64,000 bases of DNA from an uncultured Bacteroidales bacterium (GTDB lineage: Bacteria > Bacteroidota > Bacteroidia > Bacteroidales > UBA4417), in contig CAJAXK010000213.1 in assembly GCA_903946925.1 (NCBI GenBank), positions 4,444 to 68,443 of the forward strand, written 5' to 3'. The notes below the pieces were generated by a model, which was not told the origin of the DNA, searched no databases, and worked only from the letters and a program-made list of their open reading frames with translations. Positions 28,620 to 38,299 of this stretch are shown here, one piece after another. Position 1 is the stretch's first letter, and every line of letters begins with the position of its first letter. Both the position numbers and the translations under genes were made by a program.

Positions 28620-29879
28620 TTATTTACCCATGCTTTTTGCAAGTTTTTTGATTGCATTTTCAATGGACTCTTCCGGTTCAATAATATTGTTTTCGCCCCA
28701 GAAATTGGCATCGGTGAAATTCTGTACTTTTTCGGCAAAAACCATACTCGATTTGAATACATCCTGGTTTGCAAATCTAACAATATTATCCTCGTGCCTA
28801 TCGGTGATTGCCATTTCCGACATAACGGAATAATAGTTTTTGAATAGTCTCTTCTTCCAATCGCAGCGGAATTTTAAATCAACCCTAAGGTAACTAAGGT
28901 AATATTTACCGTTCTGTTCCTTGTAAGTTGTCAAATAGCTGGTCGTGATAGGCATAAATATCAGACCCATCGGTTTTTTTAACACAAATGCCTTCGAAGC
29001 TTTTTCCTGATCGCTAAGGTCGAGGCTGAATTCGGCTCTCGTTATTGCAAGATTTTCCTGTTCTATATAAAGTTTGCCAATGTATAAAGGTTCATCGCGT
29101 ACAACATTAGGCTTAAAATCAATTACCAAATGTAGTTTGTTGTCGATATTTACCATTGGTGCAAAATCGAATTCATAGTTATCAAGGTTATCAAGGGCAA
29201 TGGCCAGGTCAGTATTTTTAACCACATCAAGCAACATTGATACATTTGGCCCACCCTGCAACTGAACCATCAACGTATCGGCCTTTTTTACATTGGTGCC
29301 TTTTCGGCCTTTGAAAATTTTCACCTGATCATTTTGACCATTGTTATAAGGTGCTTTATAAATATCGACAACTGCTTCTGAAATTGCGATATAATCGCGT
29401 TTTTGCCTAATGGTTTCGCGGTAAAACCCAGTCATCATATTGGGTTCCACGCTATAGTTTTTCTTGATGTTTTTCATGGCCGACTCAACTATTGCCCTTG
29501 CATTTTTGGGCAAAACAGTAAATTCCTTTAAAAGGACGGATTGAGGCTCGATAAAAAATGTTTTTTCTTTTTCAAGGGATTCGCTAATCTTGAATTTGGT
29601 GGTGGTGTAGCTCAAGTGCGAGACTTCAAAAAATTCAGGGGTTGCCGTTTTGCTAATTTTAAGAGTGAACTCGCCTTCCGAATTGCTAACGGTTCCAATT
29701 CCAGTGCCCGGAACCGAAATGTTGGCATAAATTATTTTATCGCCGGTTTTTGCATCTTTCAGGATTCCTGAAATGGTTACAAATGAACCATTGCCATTTT
29801 GCCCGTAAATTGAACCAAAAGCTGAAAGGAAAAGGATGATTATTCCAAACCGTAATGCATTGTGAAGTAAAGTTTTCAT
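28620..29879 (-). CDS. carboxypeptidase-regulatory-like domain protein, paralogue of 25244-26863 without the STN segment
   Basis: Signal peptide. CarboxypepD_reg-like ISGILKDAKTGDKIIYANISV...GEFTL. Shared core FYRETIRQKRDYIAISEAVVDIYKAP...DQVKIFKGRK matches FYREGVEKNKKNISYSEAVFKVYKSP...DQVKLLKSRK. Confidence 0.65.
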   Translation of the reverse strand: MKTLLHNALRFGIIILFLSAFGSIYGQNGNGSFVTISGILKDAKTGDKIIYANISVPGTGIGTVSNSEGEFTLKISKTATPEFFEVSHLSYTTTKFKISESLEKEKTFFIEPQSVLLKEFTVLPKNARAIVESAMKNIKKNYSVEPNMMTGFYRETIRQKRDYIAISEAVVDIYKAPYNNGQNDQVKIFKGRKGTNVKKADTLMVQLQGGPNVSMLLDVVKNTDLAIALDNLDNYEFDFAPMVNIDNKLHLVIDFKPNVVRDEPLYIGKLYIEQENLAITRAEFSLDLSDQEKASKAFVLKKPMGLIFMPITTSYLTTYKEQNGKYYLSYLRVDLKFRCDWKKRLFKNYYSVMSEMAITDRHEDNIVRFANQDVFKSSMVFAEKVQNFTDANFWGENNIIEPEESIENAIKKLAKSMGK

Positions 29880-30093
29880 GGGATTAATGTTTATTGGTTA
29901 ATAAAAAGTATCGTTCTATGGATATAAGATACTTCAGGATAATAATACCCTATGGTTTTTAAGACATTTTTTCATTTTTTTTTCATAAGTGAAAGAAATG
30001 TCTTGTTAACCTTTAATATTAAATCCCTTAGTTATTAAAACAAATTTTATCTTTTGCCATATTGCCCCGAACCAAAACAAAATCATAGTTTTA

Positions 30094-30591
30094 TTGGTTT
30101 ATAATACAAAACAAAAATTGATGGGAACACTATATTCAATTACTCTTTTTCTGCATTCATGGAACCGTTGGTTAATTTTAATAGCGGGGCTTATAGTACT
30201 ATTATCTGCTTTAAAGGGGCTTTCACAAAAATCGGATTATAACGGTTTTCAGCGCAAATGGTCGCTTGTTTTTTTAAGTAGCCTTCATTTACAACTCCTT
30301 GTTGGTTTGATCATGTATTTTTTCATTAGCCCAACCACACTGCTGGCATTGAGCGACTTTGGTGCAGCCATGAAAGATTCGACCCTGCGTTTTTGGGCGG
30401 TAGAACATGCTTTTGTAAATGTTGTTGCAATTGCATTGGCACAAACCGGAAGCATTTTGGTGAAAAAGAAAACTATTTCGAAAGAAAAACATCTTCGGAC
30501 AATTATCTGGACAGGAATTGCACTCGTTTTAATCCTTGCCATGATACCAATGGGTATGATGGGAGTTGATAGGCCGTGGTTTAGGTTTTAG
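30094..30591 (+). CDS. integral membrane protein, function unknown
   Basis: Four hydrophobic segments. The last codons (WFRF*) are supplied by the repeat tract. Confidence 0.5.
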   Translation: MVYNTKQKLMGTLYSITLFLHSWNRWLILIAGLIVLLSALKGLSQKSDYNGFQRKWSLVFLSSLHLQLLVGLIMYFFISPTTLLALSDFGAAMKDSTLRFWAVEHAFVNVVAIALAQTGSILVKKKTISKEKHLRTIIWTGIALVLILAMIPMGMMGVDRPWFRF

Positions 30592-30622
30592 GATTTAGGG
30601 GTTGGGATTTAGGGATTGGGGA
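30578..30622 (+). repeat. telomere-like G-rich tract with a canonical G-quadruplex motif
   Basis: ggtttaggttttaggatttaGGGGttGGGatttaGGGattGGGG. G4 motif at 30598-30621. Confidence 0.75.
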
Positions 30623-30855
30623 AGTCCCTCTTAATAGTTGTTTTGGCTATTAAGGGAATTTGGGCAAAAGGTTAAAGGTAAAAACGCAAAGGGCAAATGT
30701 AAAAAGGCGCAGGGTGCTTACTTTTTTGGCACTATAATCGAAATCGCCCTATTTAAAACAGAATAGACAAGAAAGCCTTTGTACTGAATTTGACAGCAAT
30801 ATAGGTTTTATCCGCTTTGCGATTCAAAGCCGTTTGCCTAAAGTTACCATTGCAT

Positions 30856-32124
30856 CTATTCATTGCTATCCAAAATCATATCGTTGTATGGCAGATCGAG
30901 GAGTTTTATTTCCTGGATTGCATTGCCGGCAATTCCTTTTATAGAACCATGCATATCAATTGTATTCGAAATTACTTTTTCAAGCTGCTTTTCGCGCATT
31001 TTCCAAATTCGCTGCATAGCTCGTTTTTCGCTGTCAAGGTCAGTCTGCATTTGCGTAAAACCTTCAACAATAGCTTCTACTTGTAAGCGGAATGTGTTGC
31101 CAGTAAGGAAATTATACAATAAGCCCATCTTATCGCCTTTATTTTCCTGCGAAACAATTGCAGTGTTGATCTGAATAATGGATTCGCGCAACACCTTGCA
31201 AAGCCCTTTAAATTCGTCATAAGTGCAAATCCAAATACCCTCTTTTTGCCCAACGCGATCCATATCCGAGGGTAAAACTTCGGTAACCAGAACCCCAATG
31301 TTTGCCCCTTTTTCCCTGATATCGGCTTTAAATTTTTCTATCCAACTCGGCTGAAAATCCTTGGTGCGCTTGCTTTCGTAATAAATAGTACCACAATTCT
31401 GGCTGTTTCGGGTGTTCACTGTTTGTATGCAATCGCCACCCCTTGCACCTTTTTTAATCTCTTCAATTGTATCAAGGGGGAAATTTGCTGCAAGCCATTC
31501 CTCTATTGCCAACTCCTGTACTTCGCCTTGCAATTGCATAGATCCTTGCTCCTGTTTGCGTTTCATTTCTTCGGTCAATCTTTTCTGATCATCTAATTGC
31601 TTATGCAATTCTTTAATTGCCAGTTCGTTGCGATCCTGTTCAACCTTACGTATTTTTTCCTTTTCCTCAATAAGTTTTTGGTTGAGAATACGCTCGGCAT
31701 CGGCTAAAACACTTTCCTTCAATTCATCTTTTTCGCGTTTAAGCTTTTCAATTTCAGCCTTGCTCCTACTCAAATCCTTTAATTTTTCCGATTGCTCAAG
31801 CAATTCATTCTGCATGAGTGCAAATTGCTCCGATTGTTCGCCTACAATTTTGGCTTTTAGCTGTTTTTCGATAATCTGCCGTTCTTCCCTAAGCTTTGAT
31901 TGGAGTTTTTCCTGAAACAGCTCATTTTCTTTCTGCTTTTTCTTCTCAAATTCCTCCTTTTGCAAGTTTAACAGTTCAAGCTCCGAAGTATATTTTTTCT
32001 TTTCTTCGGCCAACTGTGTTGAAAACCGCTTTTTAAAATCTTCTTCAAGCTGGTGATAAAGTATTTCGTTTACATTTATTTCTGTACCGCAATTGGGACA
32101 TAATATTTTGGCTTCTTTTTCCAT
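30856..32124 (-). CDS. DUF2130-like protein: zinc ribbon + long coiled coil + PD-(D/E)xK-like C-terminal domain
   Basis: CPNCGTEINV at the N-terminus, about 200 aa of E/K-rich heptads, and C-terminal GGDCIQ...IYYESKRT (D...ExK). Confidence 0.7.
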   Translation of the reverse strand: MEKEAKILCPNCGTEINVNEILYHQLEEDFKKRFSTQLAEEKKKYTSELELLNLQKEEFEKKKQKENELFQEKLQSKLREERQIIEKQLKAKIVGEQSEQFALMQNELLEQSEKLKDLSRSKAEIEKLKREKDELKESVLADAERILNQKLIEEKEKIRKVEQDRNELAIKELHKQLDDQKRLTEEMKRKQEQGSMQLQGEVQELAIEEWLAANFPLDTIEEIKKGARGGDCIQTVNTRNSQNCGTIYYESKRTKDFQPSWIEKFKADIREKGANIGVLVTEVLPSDMDRVGQKEGIWICTYDEFKGLCKVLRESIIQINTAIVSQENKGDKMGLLYNFLTGNTFRLQVEAIVEGFTQMQTDLDSEKRAMQRIWKMREKQLEKVISNTIDMHGSIKGIAGNAIQEIKLLDLPYNDMILDSNE

Positions 32125-32189
32125 TAGTCCATTTCAATTTTTAGGATTCATATTCGTTATTAAACCAATGTAAAATACTATTCATTTTA

Positions 32190-32220
32190 ATGAAAAAGCC
32201 CGGAAAATAGCCGGGCTTTC
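32190..32220 (-). terminator. rho-independent terminator of the nfeD-floA operon
   Basis: agcccgg/aaaatag/ccgggct hairpin followed by a U-run on the minus strand, about 30 nt after the floA stop. Confidence 0.75.
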
Positions 32221-32248
32221 AATAATTGATTTCAGTTGTAAACCGTAT

Positions 32249-33247
32249 TTATTCGCCTTGTTTTCCTGTTTGTCCGCCACGATGCTGGCCAGGTTCGCTG
32301 ATCGAATCGCGCATACGGGTATCGGCCTGGACATTTTGGAACTTATAATAATCCATAATGCCTAAGTTCCCTGACCTGAATGCTTCAGCAATAGCTTTAG
32401 GGATTTCGGCTTCGGCAAGGATTACAGCAGCCCTGGCTTCTTGGGCTTTGGCTTTCATTTCCTGTTCGTTGGCAACAGCCATGGCACGGCGTTCTTCGGC
32501 CCTAGCTTGGGCAATGTTTTTGTCGGCATTGGCTTGATCCATCTGTAGCATGGCACCAATATTTTTTCCAACATCAATATCGGCAATGTCGATGGAAAGG
32601 ATTTCAAAAGCTGTCCCCGAATCGAGGCCTTTTGCCAATACAACTTTTGAAATGGTATCGGGATTTGCGAGAACGTGTTTGTGGTTTTCGGCCGAGCCGA
32701 TGGAGGAAACAATCCCCTCCCCTACCCTTGCAAGAACTGTTTCTTCGCCAGCGCCCCCAACAAGTTGCTTGATGTTGGCACGTACAGTTACCCTTGCTTT
32801 CGCTATAAGCTGGATTCCGTCTTTTGCAACTGCAGCCACCGGTGGGGTATCGAGGATTTTCGGGTTCACCGACATTTGTACAGCTTCAAAAACATCCCTT
32901 CCGGCTAAATCAATAGCTGTAGCCGATTTATAATCAAGTGGGATATTTGCCTTATCGGCTGATATCAAAGCATTTACAACCGACTTTACCCTTCCTCCGG
33001 CAAGATAATGCGCTTCGAGCTGATCGCGCGAGAGCGAAAGTCCGGCTTTAGTGGATGTAATCAAGGCCGATACAATTACTGATGGTGGGACTTTGCGCCA
33101 GCGCATAAACACCAACTGTATTAGCGAAATTTTTACTCCTGATAGCAAGGCTGTAAACCATAGCCCGACCGGAATAAAGTAAAAAATAATCCATAAGCCT
33201 ACCAAACAGGCTATGCCAATGGCAACAATCGAAAATAGGGGATCCAT
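32249..33247 (-). CDS. floA: flotillin-like protein FloA (UPF0365/YqfA)
   Basis: Near-collinear similarity to B. subtilis YqfA as I recall it ([49 protein letters not shown]). Confidence 0.9.
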   Translation of the reverse strand: MDPLFSIVAIGIACLVGLWIIFYFIPVGLWFTALLSGVKISLIQLVFMRWRKVPPSVIVSALITSTKAGLSLSRDQLEAHYLAGGRVKSVVNALISADKANIPLDYKSATAIDLAGRDVFEAVQMSVNPKILDTPPVAAVAKDGIQLIAKARVTVRANIKQLVGGAGEETVLARVGEGIVSSIGSAENHKHVLANPDTISKVVLAKGLDSGTAFEILSIDIADIDVGKNIGAMLQMDQANADKNIAQARAEERRAMAVANEQEMKAKAQEARAAVILAEAEIPKAIAEAFRSGNLGIMDYYKFQNVQADTRMRDSISEPGQHRGGQTGKQGE

Positions 33248-33251
33248 GTGT

Positions 33252-33719
33252 TTACTTTTTAAGGGTTACTGTAATTTTATTATCTTGTACCGAAATAACG
33301 GTAAGTTCTTTTTCTTGATCAATGAATTCGCCAAATGTATGAACCTCAATTAATTCATTATTAATCAACGCTTTGCCCGAAGGAGCAAGCCTCGATACCG
33401 AAGTACCTTCATCTCCAACTTTAATATCCAAGCCATGCAATTGATCCATTTTCCCATCAATTGTTGATTTTAATGCCATCCGTTTCCAGGTTCCTGATTT
33501 AAAAGAAAAATACAGGGAAACTATCGTTACAACTATTGTTGAACCCAATGTGATATGGCCAGCCACAATTCCTTTTGATGCATAAGCTTGCCAAATGCCG
33601 ATGAAAAGCGTACCGAACCCTACAATGGCAGCTAAGGTTGTTCCTGGAATTATAAGTACTTCCAAAAGAAGGAACACTAACCCAACAAAAATCAGAATAA
33701 TAATTAACAACCAGGACAT
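33252..33719 (-). CDS. NfeD-family membrane protein
   Basis: N-terminal TM helices plus a C-terminal OB-like beta domain. There is a 4-nt gap to floA, the conserved NfeD-flotillin pairing. Confidence 0.8.
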   Translation of the reverse strand: MSWLLIIILIFVGLVFLLLEVLIIPGTTLAAIVGFGTLFIGIWQAYASKGIVAGHITLGSTIVVTIVSLYFSFKSGTWKRMALKSTIDGKMDQLHGLDIKVGDEGTSVSRLAPSGKALINNELIEVHTFGEFIDQEKELTVISVQDNKITVTLKK

Positions 33720-33831
33720 TGTAGGGATGGATTATTTGAACAACGAAATCTGTTTTTAAGTGATTTGCAATTTGAGGCTAAATTAGACATTTTAGTTTAA
33801 AAAACTATATGAACCGGAAAACAATCAAAAC

Positions 33832-34737
33832 TTATTTTATTTTCACACCAAGGCTTTTAGGGCTTGGGGATGCAACAACCTTAAGCTGGTCGGGGTTCAC
33901 AGTATTGCTGTTAACTTTTTTTCCTGAACTGGCATTGTGGCTGATAAAATACTTATTTGCTTCGGGTAGGAATGCTTTAATTTGAGCAATGCGATTCTCA
34001 TCATTTGGATGGGTGCTTAATATTTCTGGTGGTTTGTCCCCCCCTGCCTTCGACATTTCCTGCCAAAACGTAATTGCCCTGTCAGGTGAATAGCCTGCCA
34101 TAGCCATAAAAACGAGTCCTAATTTATCAGCTTCCAATTCATGTTGCCTCGAATAGGCCAAGGTACCTAATTGAGAACCGACCCCGAAAGCCGACATAAA
34201 AATATCCCTGGTTTGTTGTGGCTTTTGTTGCATGTACACGTCCAAGCCCACTCCTGCGGCTTGTATTGCCAATTGTTGGCTCATCCGCTCATTGCCATGA
34301 TCAGCTATAGCATGAGCAATTTCATGTCCCATTACAACTGCCAATCCATCATCGTCCTTGGTAAATGGTAAAATACCTGTATAAACAACTACTTTTCCGC
34401 CTGGCATGCACCATGCATTAATATCCTTGCTGTCAACAACGTTAAATTCCCATTTATAGCCTTCAATTTTATTTGAGAGTCCATTATCTTTCAAATATTT
34501 TTCTACTGCTTCACTTATCCGTAAACCAACAGCATTAACTTCAGCCGATGCCCGGGTTGGCGGATTAACTGCCGGGTTCTCCTTTAAAAATGAAGCATAG
34601 TTGGCTTGTCCCATCTGCACCATGGTGCTATTGGGTATATACTTTAATTGCTTGCGGCCTGTGAAGGGGACTTCAGAACATGAAACAAAAATAAGGGCAA
34701 TAAGTCCAATTGCGAATCTTTTACAAAACATGTACAT
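33832..34737 (-). CDS. M48-family zinc metallopeptidase lipoprotein
   Basis: HEIAHAIADH (HExxH), EADKLG third-ligand region, STHP motif, lipoprotein-type signal. Confidence 0.85.
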   Translation of the reverse strand: MYMFCKRFAIGLIALIFVSCSEVPFTGRKQLKYIPNSTMVQMGQANYASFLKENPAVNPPTRASAEVNAVGLRISEAVEKYLKDNGLSNKIEGYKWEFNVVDSKDINAWCMPGGKVVVYTGILPFTKDDDGLAVVMGHEIAHAIADHGNERMSQQLAIQAAGVGLDVYMQQKPQQTRDIFMSAFGVGSQLGTLAYSRQHELEADKLGLVFMAMAGYSPDRAITFWQEMSKAGGDKPPEILSTHPNDENRIAQIKAFLPEANKYFISHNASSGKKVNSNTVNPDQLKVVASPSPKSLGVKIK

Positions 34738-34753
34738 AATTTATTGCTCTAAA

Positions 34754-35044
34754 TCAAGCTAATACAGTTGATATTCCCCTTTTGTTGAGTTCGTTGTTCA
34801 TAGGGGTTAATTCGTTTAGCGAACCACTTTTTATACCGCATTTACCTTTAAAATGTGCTGTTATTGCACATTGTTCGGCTTGTTCGGGTTCGTGTTCGCA
34901 AACTTCAATCAAACATTCAATCACAAAATCAAATGAATTAACATCATCGTTGAACAATATAAGTTCCATCTTACTCGTTTTCAGCTCCGAGTTTGAATTT
35001 TCCGATTGTAGTTGCTGCTTCTTCATGATAAATACAATTGGCAC
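34754..35044 (-). CDS. clpS: ATP-dependent Clp protease adaptor ClpS
   Basis: LFNDDVNSFDFVIECLIEVCEHEPEQAEQCAITAHFKGKC. The likely true start is the Met at about 35026. Confidence 0.85.
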   Translation of the reverse strand: MPIVFIMKKQQLQSENSNSELKTSKMELILFNDDVNSFDFVIECLIEVCEHEPEQAEQCAITAHFKGKCGIKSGSLNELTPMNNELNKRGISTVLA

Positions 35045-35153
35045 AAAGGTACGATTTACTAATAGAATTTTAAGTGCTATAATATTTTTTCTGAATAATT
35101 GGCAACAATTATCGCTCGCTTTAGGTTTATGTACTAACTGAATGTTTTTATAA

Positions 35154-35825
35154 ATGGATTACAATTTTTCTACCTCTTTAGGGATTCAATTGTTTACGGA
35201 TCAGCTAAAAGCCGAACTTGCTTTAGAGTTGCCCAGTACCGCAGCACATTTGCGTTTGGCTCCGGAAATGCGTGTTGAGGATATTAAAACGGGCAGGCTT
35301 CCAGCCCATGCGATGGAAAGTGCTGTTTTGATCCTTTTATACCCTAAAAATGCGCGTTTGCATACCGTTGTTATACTTCGCAATGAGTACGATGGGGTAC
35401 ATTCGGGACAAATCAGTTTACCAGGCGGTAAAAAGGAAGATTCGGACATTGATTTTAAGGCAACTGCTCTTCGGGAGGCACGAGAGGAAATTGGTGTTGT
35501 TCCAGATAAATTTGAAGTATTGGGGCAGCTTAGCCCTTTTTATGTAAGGCCAAGTAATTATATCATTTACCCATTTATAGCATTTCAAAACGAACAGCCA
35601 GATTTCCTTATTGATACTACTGAAGTTCAACGAATTATAGAAATCGATCTTCAAAAGGATACCACGTATGAAAAAATTGAAAATAGGACACTCACTTTTA
35701 AAAACAACCTAAAGGTTACTGCTCCAGGCTTTGTTGTAGGGTCTGAATTCATGTGGGGAGCTACTGCTATGATGTTTAGCGAGTTAATTCAGGTTTTAAA
35801 AAATGTAACCGATAAAATTCAATGA
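35154..35825 (+). CDS. NUDIX hydrolase, CoA pyrophosphatase type
   Basis: Nudix box GGKKEDSDIDFKATALREAREEIG, preceded by VILRNEYDGVHSGQISLPGG (CoA-pyrophosphatase-type upstream motif). Confidence 0.75.
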   Translation: MDYNFSTSLGIQLFTDQLKAELALELPSTAAHLRLAPEMRVEDIKTGRLPAHAMESAVLILLYPKNARLHTVVILRNEYDGVHSGQISLPGGKKEDSDIDFKATALREAREEIGVVPDKFEVLGQLSPFYVRPSNYIIYPFIAFQNEQPDFLIDTTEVQRIIEIDLQKDTTYEKIENRTLTFKNNLKVTAPGFVVGSEFMWGATAMMFSELIQVLKNVTDKIQ

Positions 35826-35943
35826 TTTCGCACTGAAATTCCTGACCTTGGATTTTTAAGCGGCTAAATGATATTTATTGAAAGAAATCAAATCAAAAAG
35901 CTTGAAGTATTGGTAGTTTTTTTAGTCCAACCCTGTTTCTAAA

Positions 35944-37593
35944 CTATTTGGCTTTATACACTGTTTTCCCATCAACAATGGTATAGAGCACTTTCGACAT
36001 AAGTATTTTGTTTTCAGTGGATTTCATTATATCCGTATTGAGGATTGTAAAATCAGCAGCTTTTCCTATTTCTAAACTTCCTCTTTCCTTTTCGCAAAAC
36101 GCTGCTTTGGCAGCCCAAATTGTTATGCTTTTTAGCGCATCGGATCTGGATAGTGCGTTTTCCATCATAAATCCTTCCTCTGGTTCGCCAAAAGCATTTT
36201 TTCGGGCCACGGAAGCGTAAAAAGTCTTTAGAGGCGAAATATCTTCAATCGGGAAATCGGTCCCATTCGGCAACCATCCATTTTGTTTTAACAGACGATT
36301 ATAAGCATACGCATTTGTAAGCCTTTCGTAACCAATGCGTTGACGCGCCCAATCCATATCAGATGTTGCGTGGGTTGCCTGAATGGATGGGACAATATGG
36401 AATTTGGCGAATAGCTCAAAATCATCTTCATTTACAACCTGAGCATGTTCGATCCGCCAACGCCGGTCGTCGCCAGGTTTAAGGAATTTGCTATAAGTAT
36501 GCAATACCATACGAATAGCTGAGTCGCCAATAGCATGTGTAACCATTTGAAATCCATGATCGTAAGCACGCTTGCACACTGCCGAAAGTTCGTCAGGGGA
36601 GATTGTAAGGATACCTTTATTTTGCGGATCGTCCAAATACGGTTTCAACAAACATGCCCCGCGTGAACCTAAAGCCCCATCGGCATACATTTTAATTGCA
36701 CCCAACTTTAAAAATGGGGTATGATACGCAGAATCTTTCATAAAATACTCAAAATTCTCCTCATTTGGATTAAGCCAGGCATCAATCCGTAAAGTAATTT
36801 TCCCGACCTTTTGCAGCGAATCGAGCATCAAAACTTCCGTTTTGTTCAAACCGGCATCGGTAACGCTTGTAAGACCAGCTTGATGACATAATTTTGTTGC
36901 AGTTTCGAGCAAATTTGTCAGCTCTTCAGCCGAAGGCTGAGGAATAGTATTGCGGAGTTTATCGGCAAGGCTTTCTAAAAATATTCCAGTAAATGTTCCA
37001 TTTTGCAGTTTGGCCTCACCTGCTTTACCTGGAAAAGTAATTCCAGAAGCTTTTATTGCCGCATCGCTCGCAAGTACGGCATGGCCATCAACCCTTGTTA
37101 AAACAATTGGAACATCAGGGAAAAGCTTATTTAACAGTTTGTTATCGGGGAAAACTTTTTGAGGCCAATTATTCTGATCCCAGCCACGCCCTACAATCCA
37201 ACCTTCGGGATGTGTTTTCCTGTATCCCTTTAAAATTTCCAACACTTCATCAAAACTATGGGCTTGGGTCAAATCGGCATACCTTAAACCTAAGGCAAAA
37301 CCAGTAAAATGCGAATGTGCATCTGTGAAACCAGGATATAAGCACGCTCCTGAAGCATTGATGTTTTCAGGTGACCAATATCTGCTCCTGATTTCGGAAT
37401 CAGTCCCGATACCTATAATTTTCCCACTACTAACCGCAATACAATTTATCTCCTTGGCCAAACTGTCGGGAGAGTAGATTTTTGCGTTATAAATTATCAA
37501 ATCAGCTTTTTTCTTCAAATCGTGGCATGACTCCAAACCCATAATAAGTGGAATTATTAGTAAAAACAAAAGCGGTTTACGTGTATTTTTCAT
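35944..37593 (-). CDS. amidohydrolase-family (YtcJ-like) metal-dependent hydrolase
   Basis: Signal/lipoprotein N-terminus, YPGFTDAHSHF metal-binding motif, about 550 aa. Confidence 0.8.
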   Translation of the reverse strand: MKNTRKPLLFLLIIPLIMGLESCHDLKKKADLIIYNAKIYSPDSLAKEINCIAVSSGKIIGIGTDSEIRSRYWSPENINASGACLYPGFTDAHSHFTGFALGLRYADLTQAHSFDEVLEILKGYRKTHPEGWIVGRGWDQNNWPQKVFPDNKLLNKLFPDVPIVLTRVDGHAVLASDAAIKASGITFPGKAGEAKLQNGTFTGIFLESLADKLRNTIPQPSAEELTNLLETATKLCHQAGLTSVTDAGLNKTEVLMLDSLQKVGKITLRIDAWLNPNEENFEYFMKDSAYHTPFLKLGAIKMYADGALGSRGACLLKPYLDDPQNKGILTISPDELSAVCKRAYDHGFQMVTHAIGDSAIRMVLHTYSKFLKPGDDRRWRIEHAQVVNEDDFELFAKFHIVPSIQATHATSDMDWARQRIGYERLTNAYAYNRLLKQNGWLPNGTDFPIEDISPLKTFYASVARKNAFGEPEEGFMMENALSRSDALKSITIWAAKAAFCEKERGSLEIGKAADFTILNTDIMKSTENKILMSKVLYTIVDGKTVYKAK

Positions 37594-38299
37594 TACCCAT
37601 TTCGTATTTAGAAATTATCAGGTAAAGGTAATACTGTTGGAAATACAGAAGCATGACTAAAATAAACATTTATCAACAAAAAATTCCGCGATAATTATGG
37701 AATTGATATGGATTATTGAAACCAATAGTCCGCTCAAAAAAGTTTTTTTTCATAAAATTTGTGGAATTGAAATGGCTATTTTGTGTGTAAACTATCGCTG
37801 TTGTAAACCGGTAACTTTAGATGTACCGTTTTTGAATTTTAGCACTGGAGTTTTAAAAGACTACTCGAATATATAGTTAGATGAAAATATGATGCTTACT
37901 TTACGAAATATGGTTAAATTTGCACTTTAATCACTTTTTGAGTTGAGAAAAAGGAGGTTTCATAATAATAAAATAATCGCATATTTAAGCACATTTAAAC
38001 AATCAAATGCTTGTATGTATCTGATTATCTTATTTTAATGAATTTTTTGCATGACTTTTAGTGATTGAATAACAATACACTAAGTTTTAACCCTTTCAAA
38101 TCAGAACATAAGAACATTTGAATACACCAACATTTGAAATCTGAATATTCGATTTCCAGAAACAAACTGAAAACAACCTTCATATTCCATCTATAATTCA
38201 GCGTCTCTGAATTCCAAATACCTTAGCTACAACTCACTACTCCCAACTCACTGCTAACTCCTCCCCTTTCCCAAAAACCTTTACCATTAAAAACAACAA

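Noticed and set aside
37697-37876. 59-codon ORF (MELIWIIETNSPLKK...CC...) in the long ubiE upstream region as a small Cys-containing protein
   Set aside because: It has no motif and no recognisable promoter or context support. AT-rich DNA yields such ORFs by chance. It is mentioned only under the region finding.
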